A stretch of 64,000 nucleotides of DNA from Balanoglossus misakiensis (Eukaryota; Animalia; Hemichordata). The position numbers were made by a program, and so were the translations under genes. A model generated the notes under the pieces. That model was not told the origin of the DNA and did not search any database. It worked only from the letters and a program-made list of their open reading frames with translations. The number at the start of each line of letters is the position of its first letter. The stretch's first letter is position 1. The stretch is from contig CM082585.2 in the NCBI GenBank assembly GCA_040954595.2, forward strand, positions 4,799,358-4,863,357, in the 5' to 3' direction. This document shows, in pieces, positions 24,294 to 37,534 of this stretch.

Positions 24294-26930
24294 ATGGCGA
24301 CTGCCGCTCCTCTCAAATGTGTCGTTGTCGGTGATGGCGCTGTGGGTAAAACCTGTATGTTGATTTCATATGTCCAGAACGCCTTTCCCTCCGAGTATGT
24401 GCCTACAGTGTAAGTATATGATGGAGACTGTCACGCTTATATCTGCTTCTCTTTATGGGGATGTGTAACGGAGTGTGACCCCCGGTACGGACAGGGCATA
24501 GTTTGCTCCCTATATACGAACTGGTGTAATTTTTCCCAATTAAACCCACTGCCATAATAATATCTGAATTGGCCAGTTTCACGGTCCCTTAATCAAGGAA
24601 CCTCCGCCATTTTGTCTGGAATTTTGCTGGTAACCACGACAACGAACTCGAATAGTTCCATTGCGCCTTCTGAATCTAAAGAGGCATGATTCAGACGACC
24701 TGAAGTTTCATTCCATAAATCAACTGTGACTTTGTGTGTAGAAGATACACGTAGACATTACATAATTTGACTAACAGAACCGAATATATTATAATTGTAT
24801 TACTATTTCTAATAGTCGGATTAATATTCATGGTGGTTTAACGAATCGAATTAGAATGTGAAAGATACAAAAACACAGCGTGATTACAGGGAAATGAAAC
24901 TAAATGAACTGTGCATTTATGAGAAATTCGGACCATTCCTAACTGTGTATTCAATTCAACATAAATTGACTCAGGTTGAGTAAACGGTCTCAAATTCTAA
25001 CAAAGTATTAAAGACTATTGTTTATGTGGGATCATGGGCAACAAACCAGGAACTACGCGTTGTAACACAATAGGAAACGACACACAATGTATTTTACCGA
25101 CTTCCTGCTTGTTGACCTCACGATTTGACTTCTTGGGGTTACAGCGGGAAATACTCTAACTTGTAATTGAACCGAATCGAGGCTGTATTGTTCTCGCGAT
25201 AAGTGAAAATATGAAATTGTTTGAACAAAAGTATTTATCGTGGCGGCGTCGGTGGATGGGTGGGTGGGCAAAAATGTCCGTTAGTTGTCATATTCATTTT
25301 GATCTGCCCAGTTTTTGTTTAGTGAATAATAATGTGTTCGGGGTCGGCGTGTCTGATATATATGTGGCACTTATAGTTTTTGTGTACTGCATCTACCTGC
25401 CAGCCAAAAAGATTTTCCACATCACATGGTCGGGAGGACTATACAATCACTTTCCTTTGGACTTGCTAAAACGGGGAAAACCAACCTGAACTTAAAGTTA
25501 CATAATAGTACCTAACTGTGCTGTTAGAATTTATGGGAAACCGACATTTTTAGGTAACTTTTTTATTTTTTCCTCTTACAGTTTTGACAATTACTGCGCA
25601 AACGTAACGTTAGATACTCAGACTTACAATTTGGGATTGTGGGATACGGCCGGACAAGAAGATTATGACAGACTTCGCCCTCTATCTTATCCACAGGTGA
25701 GTTGAAAAGTAGACAGTTGAGACTGACATGACATATTGAAAGGCATATGTAAGAGATTTTAGCGAAGTTCCATCAATAATGTATTCAATATTTTTCTATA
25801 CAATATAATTAAAGTGCAGTGTCATACGTCCACTCTACAATAGCACTTTCAAATATTACTAAAACCTTCAAGTTGGACAATCGTGAGACGACGTGTGATG
25901 AAATTTGGGACGTCGAGTACACTAGAAACGGGCATACAGGCCCCAGATATGATTCATATACATGTATAAAGGCGAAATATTAATCTCAAATCACGTCCCA
26001 CACATTACGTCACATCACATCTCACGTCGCGTCACAATATTATTTTACATTTTTTGTCTCTTTCAGACTGACGTCTTCCTGGTCTGTTTTAGCATTGTCA
26101 GCCAAGCATCATATGAAAATGTAGCAAGCAGGTGGCACCCGGAAGTGACGCATCATTGTCCCGCAACAAATTACATCCTCGTTGGTATGATGCAGTGACG
26201 TTGATGTCATAAATTCTTGTAACATCGTGGTTTCGTTTTGACGCATGCATCATAAGACTGTTTAATGGCTAATGTAACTATGCAGACAATTACCAATTAC
26301 GTGTAATTATCAATTACATATATGACCCTAAAGAACAATTTTCTTTAAATCGCCATGTTTTCTTTATTTTTAGGAACAAAAGCTGATCTCAGGACTGATA
26401 AGGAATTCATTGCTCAGTTGTCAGAGCAAGGACGGTCGCCAATAACTCGCGATGCTGGGCAGAAATTAGCAAACAGGATAAAAGCCGTGCGTTACATGGA
26501 ATGTTCAGCACTTACACAAGTTGGTTTGAAAGAGGTAAACAATTAAATACTGTAAAACACTTTATTTTCGCGAGTTAAATTTTTCGCAATATCGACTGTT
26601 TCGCGAGTATTAATTTTCGCGTTCTCTTATTTCATTCACTGCATCGTTATCTTCAAAAACAATTTACGTGACTTTTTATTTTCACGCTATTTTGGCTCTC
26701 GCGTATTTGGCGAAAATTAATTGCTCGCGAAAATAAAGTGTTTTATAATTACAATATACAATGTACACGGGAAAGCTACAAACACAATTATCGTTCGCAA
26801 AAATTATTTCAAGCTGTACTAATTTCTGTTCTGTACTTAGGTGTTCGAAGAAGCGTGCCGTGTTGGTCTTGGCATTTCCGGCAGGAAACCACATAGAAAC
26901 TTCAAGAGACGTGGATGTTTGCTGTTGTAA
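24294..26930 (+). CDS. Rac-like Rho-family small GTPase (199 aa), divergent
   Basis: Exons: 24294-24409, 25582-25696, 26067-26184, 26374-26534, 26841-26930. Motifs: [64 protein letters not shown], polybasic tail and [12 protein letters not shown]. Confidence 0.95.
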
Positions 26931-28990
26931 AGCGCCCTCAACGACGTTGCCATGGCTGCGAGAAGATGGCGGTGGCCAGCGAGTTGTTCAACGAAGACAA
27001 AACTGGAAGATTGAAGTGAAAATATACTTGTGTGACAGCCGGCATTACAAGGAGATATAAGTGAATTTTCAAAGACTGAAAATATGATGGCCGCCGACAA
27101 ACGACAGAGCGACCCACTGATTTTTGATTTTTCTTAAATGGCCTTAAATGCAGGTGTCAGATGCCCACTTTTATTCTACACACCAACTTCCAAAGCTTAT
27201 AATACAACCCCTTGACTACATGAAACAGTGAAACTAAAAATCTTGATTTCTGTGAGATTAAGCTAAACCATTTTTCACCAATAGTTTGTCCATTTAACAA
27301 AGTTTATCCCCCAAATGAGTGTGGTGACCATACAATTTTATTTGACCCAGATTATTTTTATTTGACTGAGCTATGTGGAAAAATTCATGGAAATGACAAT
27401 AGTAGAAGTGAGTTTTCTAGCTATTCTCAATGTAATCCTATGGGAAAAGATGAATGTGTGCAGTTTACAAGTTTCTGCTGTGTGCATACATCCTTCATGT
27501 ATATACACTTTCCTTAATCCTCTCTGTTTGATTTGAAATATTTGGTATACACAAGATACTCAAGATTGATGATTCTCTCTTCAATACCATGCTGGTGGAG
27601 GTACCGATCAATATTATTTGTCAATTTTATTAAAATTAAAAATTATTATTTGAGCACCGTTTCCATTTGGGCAGACTGCAAATGTTCATAAGGTGCCTGC
27701 ACTACCACAGTTATAACCGAATGGCAATTATGAGCAATATCCCAGTATTGTTTACTGACATCCCAAACGTGTTATAAGTTCCATATTAGTAAACAAGTCA
27801 TTCAGAATATATCCTGTGACATTTCAAATTTAGTCGAGAGACAAAAATAAACTAGTGGTCCTACTTGAAGTCAGTGGTCATCATTTTGGCTGTTCTGTTC
27901 TCTGTCTTGGCTGTTCTTGGGTGTACGCGCCCCCTTCCGAACAGAATCAACCAAGGCAAAGACAGCGCCTAACTCTACAGTTATTATATCAGATTGGGGT
28001 CCCAATGTGCTGGAACCAAAAAGCAGTAAAATGAGATGACATCATCACTTTAATCAATATTCAGGTTTTTTTTTATCAAAGCCTGTTCCCTTTGTCAACA
28101 CAGTACATAGCAGAACATAAGTGGGTGTATACTGAAGTCCTAGACTTCAAGGGTCAAAGTTCACATTGGAATAAAAAAATGCAAAGACATTATGATCGAT
28201 TGTCATGAAACTGTAAATTGTTTATTTAATCCAATACTAAGATCTCTGAATGAAAAAAACCCAGACATTGCACAATTATTGTAAAAGGTGAGAATCAGAA
28301 TGTGAATAACCTGAGAATACTGCCTATCACAGACAAAAGATATTGTCCACAGATTTTATGCTCCTGGTACAGTCTAAGTGAGTCATAATAGACAATATAA
28401 GATGATGATAAATTTAAGGCAGATGTCACTCCTTCATGCAAAAAGGCCTACTCTGGAATCGAATTAAACATTGCTGGTGAATTAGGCCATGTGGATAGCA
28501 GTACAACCAACAAATGTGAAACGCTATTATCATAATTATTATTTTGTTTGTATACTATGGTCTCACCAAGTTGAACTTCCGATTAACCCTGTGGTGAAAA
28601 AACATTTACATTTCCAATTCAATTATTCTGACTTCCCATCACACGTCTAGTTGAAATTCCACATATTTTGGACAAACAAAACAATGATGAATGTCACACT
28701 CTATCCATTGCTAGGCAACCATGGGAGGTAAACACATAAGAAAATTGTGTGGTTCTACAATTCCTTCCGTCTTTGAAAGGGGAACTCCCGTAAATAGGAA
28801 CCCTTGGGTCACATATTACTTTATCAATAGTCAGACCAAAACAAATCGTACATGGATGTTATAAAATTCAGTCATTTGCGTCATGTTTTTTTTACAATTA
28901 CACTTTAACAAATATTCTAGTTATTTTAGTTACAAAATAAATCCTAACTGATAAGATGAGTGGGTATTGCCAACATCTGCATCTATTAAA

Positions 28991-29327
28991 GGGAAATTAG
29001 CTGTAATTTTTGGCTTTATTTCCAGTATATTTGTTAATGTACTCCAAACAGCATGCTAATATACCCTTACTCTGCTTGTCAACTTAGCCTATGTGTGTGT
29101 AACGGCCATTGTTATTGTTGACAAATGAATTCTAGTCTGGACTGAAATTCATATTTTGCACAATATCAATGCTGACTATACACATACCCCCGGTATATAT
29201 GTAGGTTGTGTTAATAAGCTAAATGCTGGGCATTTCATCATGCTTCAGAAATTTGAACCAGAAACTGCAGTAGATACACAAAACAAAAAAACTGGAAACA
29301 TAGTGAAAAGTTACAGCTAATGGAGCT
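28991..29327. mobile_element. TTAA-flanked MITE (agggaaattagctgtaa...ttacagctaatggagct); partial related copy at ~30955-31130
   Basis: Imperfect inverted termini between TTAA sites. Internal sequence (tgtgtgtaa.ggccattgtt.ttgttgaca) recurs at ~31080. Confidence 0.5.
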
Positions 29328-29813
29328 TTAATGTACATTTGCAATCCTGAGTATTTGAACATATGTTCAAGAAGAAGAAACCAATGGTTTCCCATCTTGC
29401 TTAAACAAGTGCACTACTTGCAAATGCATTCACTTCGTAGTCAACCTTCCAACCCATTATTTGTTTTTCTTTTATACAAGAATTACACATTATCTGTTTT
29501 TCAAAATATGCATGATGTACAAATCAATCGGTTAAAAAAGTATGTTTCACAAGTACCTTAGTGTCAATTACAATTTTGAGTTCATATACAGTTCATTTAT
29601 TATGGGATTTTTCTTTTGTGGTTCCATTCTTGATCATTTGCTGGAACACTGTAATTGAACTCTGACCCGTAAAATACCATTACTGTAGCAATTAAAATAA
29701 AACATCCATGATGCTTATGGTGAAGGTCAAAGGTTATCCCATAGATAACACACCTGATGTAATACATGCCAGGGGGCATTGATTGGGTAGGTTGACTTTG
29801 TAAGATCTGTTAA

Positions 29814-29998
29814 AGATATACGGTCACCTATGTAAAATTAGCTATAGTTACCATGGCAAATTGAGATCTAGCCAATCACAGATTTTCAGTTGGTGGCACA
29901 CACACAAAAAATAGCACCACCATATGTTCTTTAGAACGCTCAAATACTCCATTTCAGCCATATATGGGCTTATGTAAATTGGAGGTCACTGTATACCT
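29814..29998. mobile_element. TTAA-flanked MITE family A copy 3, in DHRS12 3'UTR just after the stop
   Basis: TTAA|agatatacggtcacct ... aggtcactgtatacct|TTAA. Confidence 0.75.
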
Positions 29999-30053
29999 TT
30001 AATATTATGTATACAAACTTTTCTCATAAATCACTGATATTATATTTTCACAT

Positions 30054-33000
30054 CTAACTGGACATTGTAACCTGACGACTCAAACTGTCTAATCTCTGCA
30101 TGAATTCGGTTTTGTCTTGTTCACTTGATTTCGTCCACGCCAAAGGGAGGTGTGTACTCACGGCTTTGCGATCTGTGGAGACAAAATGAATGTTAGGCTA
30201 TAAGAAAAATCTTAACCACAGTAAACATAGAGAAAAGTTTGAATTAAAGGGACAAAGTCTCTATCTCGCTGGCCTTTTTCCATTAATTATGTTTGATACA
30301 AGACACCGTTTATGTTATTCTACATGTGGATGTATAGTGAATCAACGTTCAACCACACACAACTTCCATCTTGTTTGTAGGATATGAGAGTAAAAATCCT
30401 GCCAAAATGAATAAATGGTGAACACTGATTATTCATTTTGGCGAATTTTTCACTCTCGTGTCTACAAGTTGGATGTAAGTTGTGTGTGGTCAAACGTTGA
30501 TTCACTATATATCCACATGTCGAATAACATAAACGGTGTCTTGTATCAAACATAATTAATGGAAAAGGGGCAGCGAGAGAGAGACTTTGTCCCTTTAACA
30601 GATCTTAAATTATACAAATTACACACCTTGCTAAATTCGCTAATGCTTGCTAGAGAGACATGATTTACAGCATGTCTGAAAGAACTCACCAAAGAAAAAC
30701 TGGCCATTGGTTTGTTTCTGAGCTGCATCAGATACAGCCAGCCATATTGAAGTATCTGCTCCTTCTTCTGCCGATCGGAACTTGTGTTTGAATCTTTCGT
30801 AGAAATCTGGCAACGATGTCTGTACAGCTGGCGTGTCTGCCCACCCTGGATGCATGCTACTGAACTGTATTCCTTTCTCTTGTTTTGCGAACATTTCCAT
30901 CATTACCATCTGTTGTCTCTGTAAGGAAATCACATTACTGGTTATTTGGGTTAAAGGGACATTAGCTACGGTATAATGGTTGGCTTTGTTTTCAGTAGTT
31001 TTGTTCTGTGTGTCAAATGCAATGTCTTGTTCTACTCCGAACTGCCTGCTAATATACCCAGTACTCCGCTTGTCAATATGTGTGTAATGGCCATTGTTCT
31101 TGTTGACACGTGAATTTGTGTGACAAGAGAATGCAGAAAACCACTCTGCCAAATCCCCAAATTGACAGTTCAATAGCCTAGCCAACTTAAAGGCCGACTA
31201 TCATCTTATGAACATGTGCATAATTTCGTGTGTACAAACATTACGTCCAATCCAAATGTTCTGCAAATTTTGCGTTCGACACATTCAAATAGTGGACTGC
31301 CTTTGCTTCCCTCCATATTGCATGCACACTGTTTTGTTCCTTCTTTTCACCCAATTTGCTGTCTTTTCTCAATCTCCGACACAGACTATGGTCGCCACCA
31401 TCTTGTCTGCTGTTAGGACACTACACTACCTTATGGCATTGAATGTATACCATTTTTGTAACCAGTCTCTGGTTTTGACACAAGACGATCATCGCCTTAA
31501 ACTATGAACTGACATGATGATAATACTCAAGAATCTCTTTTTTTTCAAATGATAACAATTTACCTTATTCTGTGCATACACAAAAGTACCATCAAACTTT
31601 GTCATCTTCTCGAAATTGAGGTCTTTGTAATCCAGTTTCATAGTGTACGCACCTCCTGATGACACTGTGATCTGAAAATACAATTATTTCCACATTTTGG
31701 GTAAAATGCATAAGAATAGATGTTGCCGAAATATACAGGTATAATTACACGTATGATAAAGAATCACTACAAAATCAGTCTGTCATCTCTCAGAAATGTT
31801 CATCCTCGAGTTTTTCCGAAAGGGCGCCCTCAAGCGTCCACCATGAAATTTGAAACAGAGAAACGGATTGAAAATGTCGGAGATGAACAGTTGATAAAAA
31901 CTCGACCATGAGACTTTTAGCAGATCCTAGCTCTGTCGTTTTGAGCCAATCAGATTCGAGTATTTTTTCGTCCAATCAGAAGCCTAGTTAATTGACCAAT
32001 GATATGCCTTCCAAACCTGCCTAAAGAAATTGTTACTTTTTGCTGGCAGCATTGTGCTGTATGGTAGTTTTGCTGTCGACATTGAATAAAGTGGTTTACA
32101 CAGCTGCATCGCTCCTGTACTATTCCTGTTATCCCCTTCCCTAGAACCTTGCTCATAATTTCACCCCGTACATACTGTGTACATCACATAAAACTACAAT
32201 AGTCTTGCAAAATAGTGACTGCTTACCACTCCATACGTATTGTACATCACACAAAAAATAGAAAAGTCTTGCAAAATACATTAGTGATTGCTTACCACTC
32301 TTGGTGAAGTGCTTTTGCTCAGAGTTGGAATCAGAGTTTTTGTCAAGATATAAGTACTCAGGGTATTGGTAGCAAAGTTCTTCTCCAAGTTATCCTCTTG
32401 CACCTCGCGTGTGTTGATCATACATCCAGCATTATTAATCTGTAAATGTCACCAACATTTAGTAAATTTAGTAGAATTGTGGACTGCCTTCACTTCTTTC
32501 CGTATTTCATGCACACCGTATAAGTGGACTGTAGTTTTGTCCCTTCTTTTCACCCAATTTGCTGTCTTTTCCAGATCTCCAACACAGACTATGGTCACCG
32601 CCATCTTGTCTGTTGTTAGGACAGCACACTGCCGTCTGGCATTGACTGTACACAATTTTTGTAACCAGAGTCTCTGGTTTGATGCATAAGACAATCGTGG
32701 CCCTTTAATAGCTTGCCATAAGAAACAATTCTGAAAAAGATGTCAAAATTTCCACTTTGCCCATGCATGCCACTTACCAGCACATCTAATGAATTACCAT
32801 CTCCAGCAAATCTTGTTGCAAATTCATGAACTTTACGTGGACTTGACATGTCTAGGATATGAAGATTAACCTTCTGAAACAAAAAAAAACATCAAACATT
32901 TATAAATGCTGTATTATAATTATAGCAATGACTGTCCATATATTGTTCTAAGTATATCTATACATTAATGCATCCATACATTACATATACAATACACTAT

Positions 33001-35501
33001 GTATCCACTCATTACATTGTGAACATTACAGAGAATTCACAGTCATTAGACAGTGTATCCATACTGGTATATATTACATTGATCAATACAGTACCTTGTG
33101 TATCCATACAGTACACTATGCATCTATACAGGAAATGTCCAGTGATTGGGAAGTCAACGCGCCCTGCGCCATAGTCGCATTGAACTGAAAAGTGACGCAT
33201 TGAAATTTGTTACTTTGCGCCCGAAGTGCGCATTGAAATTTGAGTCCGAAATACTTAGGAAAAAAAATTTTGTTTAGCATCCTCGCCTATAATGCCATCA
33301 AGGCGTCCTATAAATAGCCTCATTTTATGGTGCCCATAGTAACACGTACAAATTGCAACAAGTAACGCAGCTCAGCGTACCGATCGCAACAAGTTATCTA
33401 AACTTGACGAAAGATGTAGCAACTTTTGTTGGAGGTCATGCCATGCGTTCGAACGCGTCTGCAAAATACTTGCACACAGGATAGCAGACGGCAGACACCT
33501 GTGATGTCGATTTTGAGAGGCCGTAGTGATGTCAAAAAGAAGCATAAAAGGAAGGCATCTCTTTTCAGCAGCAAGACTGTCGTTTCCATCATCAATTTGT
33601 GGATTTTATCAAGCATAAAATCTTCGCTTTTGCTCACTTTTGCTCGTCCCTTTGCATGCTATTGTGTTATCCAGTCAAGTGAGAAAAATAGCAATCATTG
33701 TTTTCAAACTTGTTCCTGTACAGCCATTCTTCAATTAATGAGTATGGTTTTAGTATAACCCAGGCAAAATCTACATCAAAATGTCTATTTCCACTGACTT
33801 CGATGGAAAGAAGAGACTGATAAACACATGTTATATAGACATGTAAATGACAATATAAACAATTTTGAACTGATGATATTTTGCATCTAAATTTCATTCG
33901 ATTTTTTTCGATACTGTAGGGCTCATTACAAATTTTGAATGTCCCATTGAAGTTCAAAATGGCCCATTCATTTTGGCTGGGATGGGGCCATTGGCACATT
34001 GGTGTTTTCAGACTTCCCAATCACTGAAATGTGTATATATCCATACAGTACATGAATACCGTGTATCATTACAGTACATTGTGTATCCTTACAGTACACT
34101 ATGCATTTATAAATTACACTGTGTATTCACACAGTACACAGTGTATCCATACTAAACTGTGCATCTATACATTACTGTGCATTGTGGATCTATACAGTAT
34201 AGTAGTACATGTACACTGCATATCCATACAGTACACTGTGTATTTATACAATACACTGAGTATCCATACAGTACACTGTGTATTTATACAATACACTGAG
34301 TATCCATACAGTACACACTGACCGTGTTTCCTGATTCTGCCATAATTTCCTGCCTTGCATCTTCACCTCTCTGTTCACTTCGACACACCATGTGAACTGT
34401 TGCACCTGTAATGAAGAGTTGTATCAAATAGAGAAAATATTTCAATCTTCTCCTTAACCAAGCTGACAGACAGCATTTTTTTTCAATTCTTGCCACACCA
34501 ATCCCACCCTGTTCTCACAATACAACTTTGGTCAATTACAAATCAAATGTTTCATTATAATAGGCAACTTTCATGACCCCTGAGTGACCTTTATACATAC
34601 TTGTGTAACTGTTTGTTGGTATTCCATCATACATCATACAATGTTATATATACAAGATGTAACCCTTTTTCTTAACAGCAAAAGCTCAATTTAGTTCTAG
34701 GATAAGTTAGAAATGTACAAATTTAATAGTATGAAATGATGTTCCCAAATGGTAAACTTATACAAACAAAATGCCAGGATGGAAAGGTCATATGGGGGTC
34801 ATGCCATGAAAGAGGCCTATTACATGATCTCCTTTTCTGCTTTTTTTCATATCCAACTTGCTATTAAAGTTGCATTACCTTTCTTTGCTAATGCTTTGGC
34901 TGTACATTTCCCAATACCACTGTTAGCACCAGTTATCATGTAGCTTTTGTTAGTAATGTCAACATCCAGAGCCTTGGGGTCAAAGGTCTTGGCCGCTGAT
35001 TGGTAGCCACTCCTAAAAAATAAATCAAATAGGCACATAGTTCAGCCATGGAGGTTCAGCTAAAAATCTTATTCTAAACATGCTGATATATTACATGTAG
35101 ATGTGCATGAAAACTGTCAATATTTCTAGATACCATTTTGAGAAGCCTCTTATTTTTGATCAAGTTCTAATGGTCTATTAATGTGGGTATAGTCTAGTAT
35201 TAGTTGAAACAGAACAACAAGCAGCAAATAAGCGCAGTTACTTTCTATGATAATACATATCGAAAATCATTCAATCATCAACCTGTACTACAGGCTATAG
35301 AAACTTAGAAAGCACATGATCCTATCTTGTACTCCGAAACTTCATTCACCATCAAGGTTTTCAGAGTACATGTACAAGCTCTCCGGTCACATGTACATAA
35401 ATGATAATGTAGACAAATTGAATAAAAGCCAAGACTTACTTCCCAAATTCCCTAAACCCTTTGATACCGAAGACTGCATTCCGGTACGCAGATCCATACA
35501 T
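30054..35501 (-). CDS. DHRS12: Dehydrogenase/reductase SDR family member 12 (324 aa)
   Basis: Exons: 35440-35501, 34879-35012, 34323-34405, 32778-32873, 32296-32439, 31564-31671, 30690-30918, 30054-30172; frame intact. Motifs: YRNAVFGIKGFREFGKSGY, TGANSGIG, INNAGCM, ITVSSGG, YAQNKRQQ, SMHPGWADTP, STHLPLA. Confidence 0.93.
30248..30594. mobile_element. Intact palindromic TTAA MITE (family B) in last DHRS12 intron
   Basis: TTAA|agggacaaagtctc...gagactttgtccct|TTAA. The two halves are near-complementary over most of the length. Confidence 0.85.
31191..31497. mobile_element. MITE with ggccgactatcatctt...aagacgatcatcgcc ends; related partial copy at ~32480-32705
   Basis: Imperfect terminal inverted repeats (TIRs). 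The internal block cttttcacccaatttgctgtcttt...acacagactatggtc..ccatcttgtctg is duplicated at ~32.55 kb. Confidence 0.55.
33140..34026. mobile_element. 887-bp non-autonomous DNA transposon with perfect 16-bp TIRs (hAT-like CAG termini)
   Basis: cagtgattgggaagtc at 33140 and gacttcccaatcactg ending at 34026. aaatgt is repeated on both flanks (imperfect target-site duplication). No transposase ORF. Confidence 0.75.
34030..34320. repeat. ~20-bp minisatellite (tgtgtatccatacagtacac); continues at ~32950-33130
   Basis: Repeated units on both sides of the 33140-34026 insertion. Confidence 0.8.
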
Positions 35502-35930
35502 CCTTTTGCTTTTTGGTGGAAATGAAAATCTGAGTCTCGGAGAATTGTGTTTGCATCCGTTTCAATGCATGCGATTACGTAATTACGTGAACATATGGTT
35601 GTGTAACATTGTTTTGAGGAAGTTCCGCTTATAATGGGGGTAGCAGATTACTCGGGGAGTGCATAGACCATGGCGCAGGATCTAGGAAGGTCAAGGTCAA
35701 TTTTTCCACGCATTTAGTGGTGCACGGAATAAATAATGTTTTTTGTAACGTAATAATTACATGCAGATATTAATTCTTTTACACTTCATATTCGGTCGAC
35801 CAACCCCGTCTTTCATAATGGTATTGTCCGACAGTATCTTTCCGGTTCCCCGGAAGTAATTTGTTGTCACATGCAGGGTCACCTGACTTTAGACAGCGTC
35901 AACATCACATATCAACCAGCAGGCATCAAC
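35502..35930. promoter_or_regulatory. Compact bidirectional promoter DHRS12 / sialidase 1
   Basis: Head-to-head start codons about 430 bp apart in a CpG-containing stretch. Confidence 0.55.
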
Positions 35931-37534
35931 ATGGCTTTTGGTTTGCCTGTCTCATTTTTTCATATTTCAACGTGTTTGGCGGTTGCGCTGCAGTTCATAT
36001 CACTATCGTCGTGTTTGTCTCCCAAGGTGGTCGACGAGGTCCTCCTTTGGCGTTCGAACGAAGGCGATTTCACTTACTTCCGCGTACCGACTGTAATTCG
36101 GGTTCCGAATGGCGATCTCCTGGCTTTTTCGGGAGGTCACAAAACCACCTTAGGCGATGTCGACGCCAAGGCACTGGCGATGCGCCGATCTACAGACACA
36201 GGGTATTCGTGGAAGCCCACGAAAATAATCCTCGAAGATCTGACGACTAAAGAAGGCTACATGAACATGGGAGCCGCACTCGTTGACTCTGAGAAAAATA
36301 TAACGATGATCGTATATTGTCACTGTCCTCATAGAGAATGCGGACCCGGTATCATTCCGGCAATCTACATCGCCAGGAGTGATGATTTCGGTTACAGCTG
36401 GTCCAAGTCAGAAGATCTGTCCATAAAAAATCCGGGGTTTAAAAATTGGACGTGGTGTCCAGGACCTGGATATGGTATCCAAAAGCGAATAACTCCCGCT
36501 AAAGGCAGATTGGTTGTATGTGGTCATACAGTTGACAGAAACAAACAGGCGTCAGAAACAGTCAATTGTATTTACAGTGATGGTAAGTATTCCTGAGATA
36601 AGCAATCCTTATTTACATTAATTTCGCCAGAAGTACCTGAAAATTTACATTTGTATTCCCAGATCATGGAAACTCATGGAAGATCGGTGAACCTCTGGTA
36701 GGAATACCGTACAACATACCAAAGAATGTTGGAGATTTCATGCCTGATGAATCACAGGTCAGTGCTACATTACTTGATCAATACCAGATGTATTCATTGA
36801 TAAAACAAAATTAAAGGTCTACTATCTGTAAATTTTGACCAGGACGTAATCCAATTTGGTACACATAATTCTGTTTATGAATGATAAAAACTGATTAGTT
36901 TTTGCTTGATGTGTAATGCTACTGGTGTAATTATGATTCAGAGATCAAATGTTCCCACACAGACAGCATCTTATTTGAGAAATCTTGTTGCAGGACTGTG
37001 AGCTTTTTTACAATGATTATCATCAATTCCTCTTCAATTGTATGCATAAATGTGTGAGTAATTTGACATGATAGCTGTGGTAGTTTGTGCAAGCTAACCG
37101 GTTGACTTGAAGCACTTTTTTGTTTTCCATAGGTTGTCGAACTTCCCGATGGGTCTCTTCTGCTGAACTCACGGAACCAGTACCACTTCCACTGTTCGTG
37201 CCGGATTATTTCCCGGAGTTTCGATGGAGGTGTATCATTCCCACTGTTGAATGTGTCTCTCGACACAACTCTGATAGACCCGGCCTGTGATGGTAGTGTC
37301 ATGATCCACAACGGAATCATGTTCTTTTCAAATCCTGCCAGCACAAAAGGGCGGGAAAACATGACCGTCCGATGGAGTCTGGACTATGGTGCATCATGGG
37401 AAGGCTATATCACCATTTTCCCTGGAGACAGTGAATACTCAGCTTTGACTCCAATTAATGATAACCACATCGGTTTGATTTATGAAAAGAATGGGTACAA
37501 AGAAGTATCATTTGTAAGAATTCAAATTCATTGA
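35931..37534 (+). CDS. NEU1: NEU1-like sialidase (GH33), copy 1 (382 aa; in-frame upstream ATG at 35871 possible)
   Basis: Exons: 35931-36582, 36663-36757, 37133-37534. Signal-peptide-like N-terminus; FRVP motif; Asp-boxes STDTGYSW, SDDFGYSW, SDDHGNSW, SFDGGVSF, SLDYGASW; PGPGYGIQK, PDESQ, NSRNQ, GRENMT, EYSAL, YEK. Confidence 0.93.

Noticed and set aside
30640-31185. 181-aa ORF as a separate gene
   Set aside because: It is DHRS12 exon 7 (30690-30918) plus read-through into introns.
34031-34321. Tyr/His/Ile-rich ORFs
   Set aside because: Translations of the 20-bp minisatellite.
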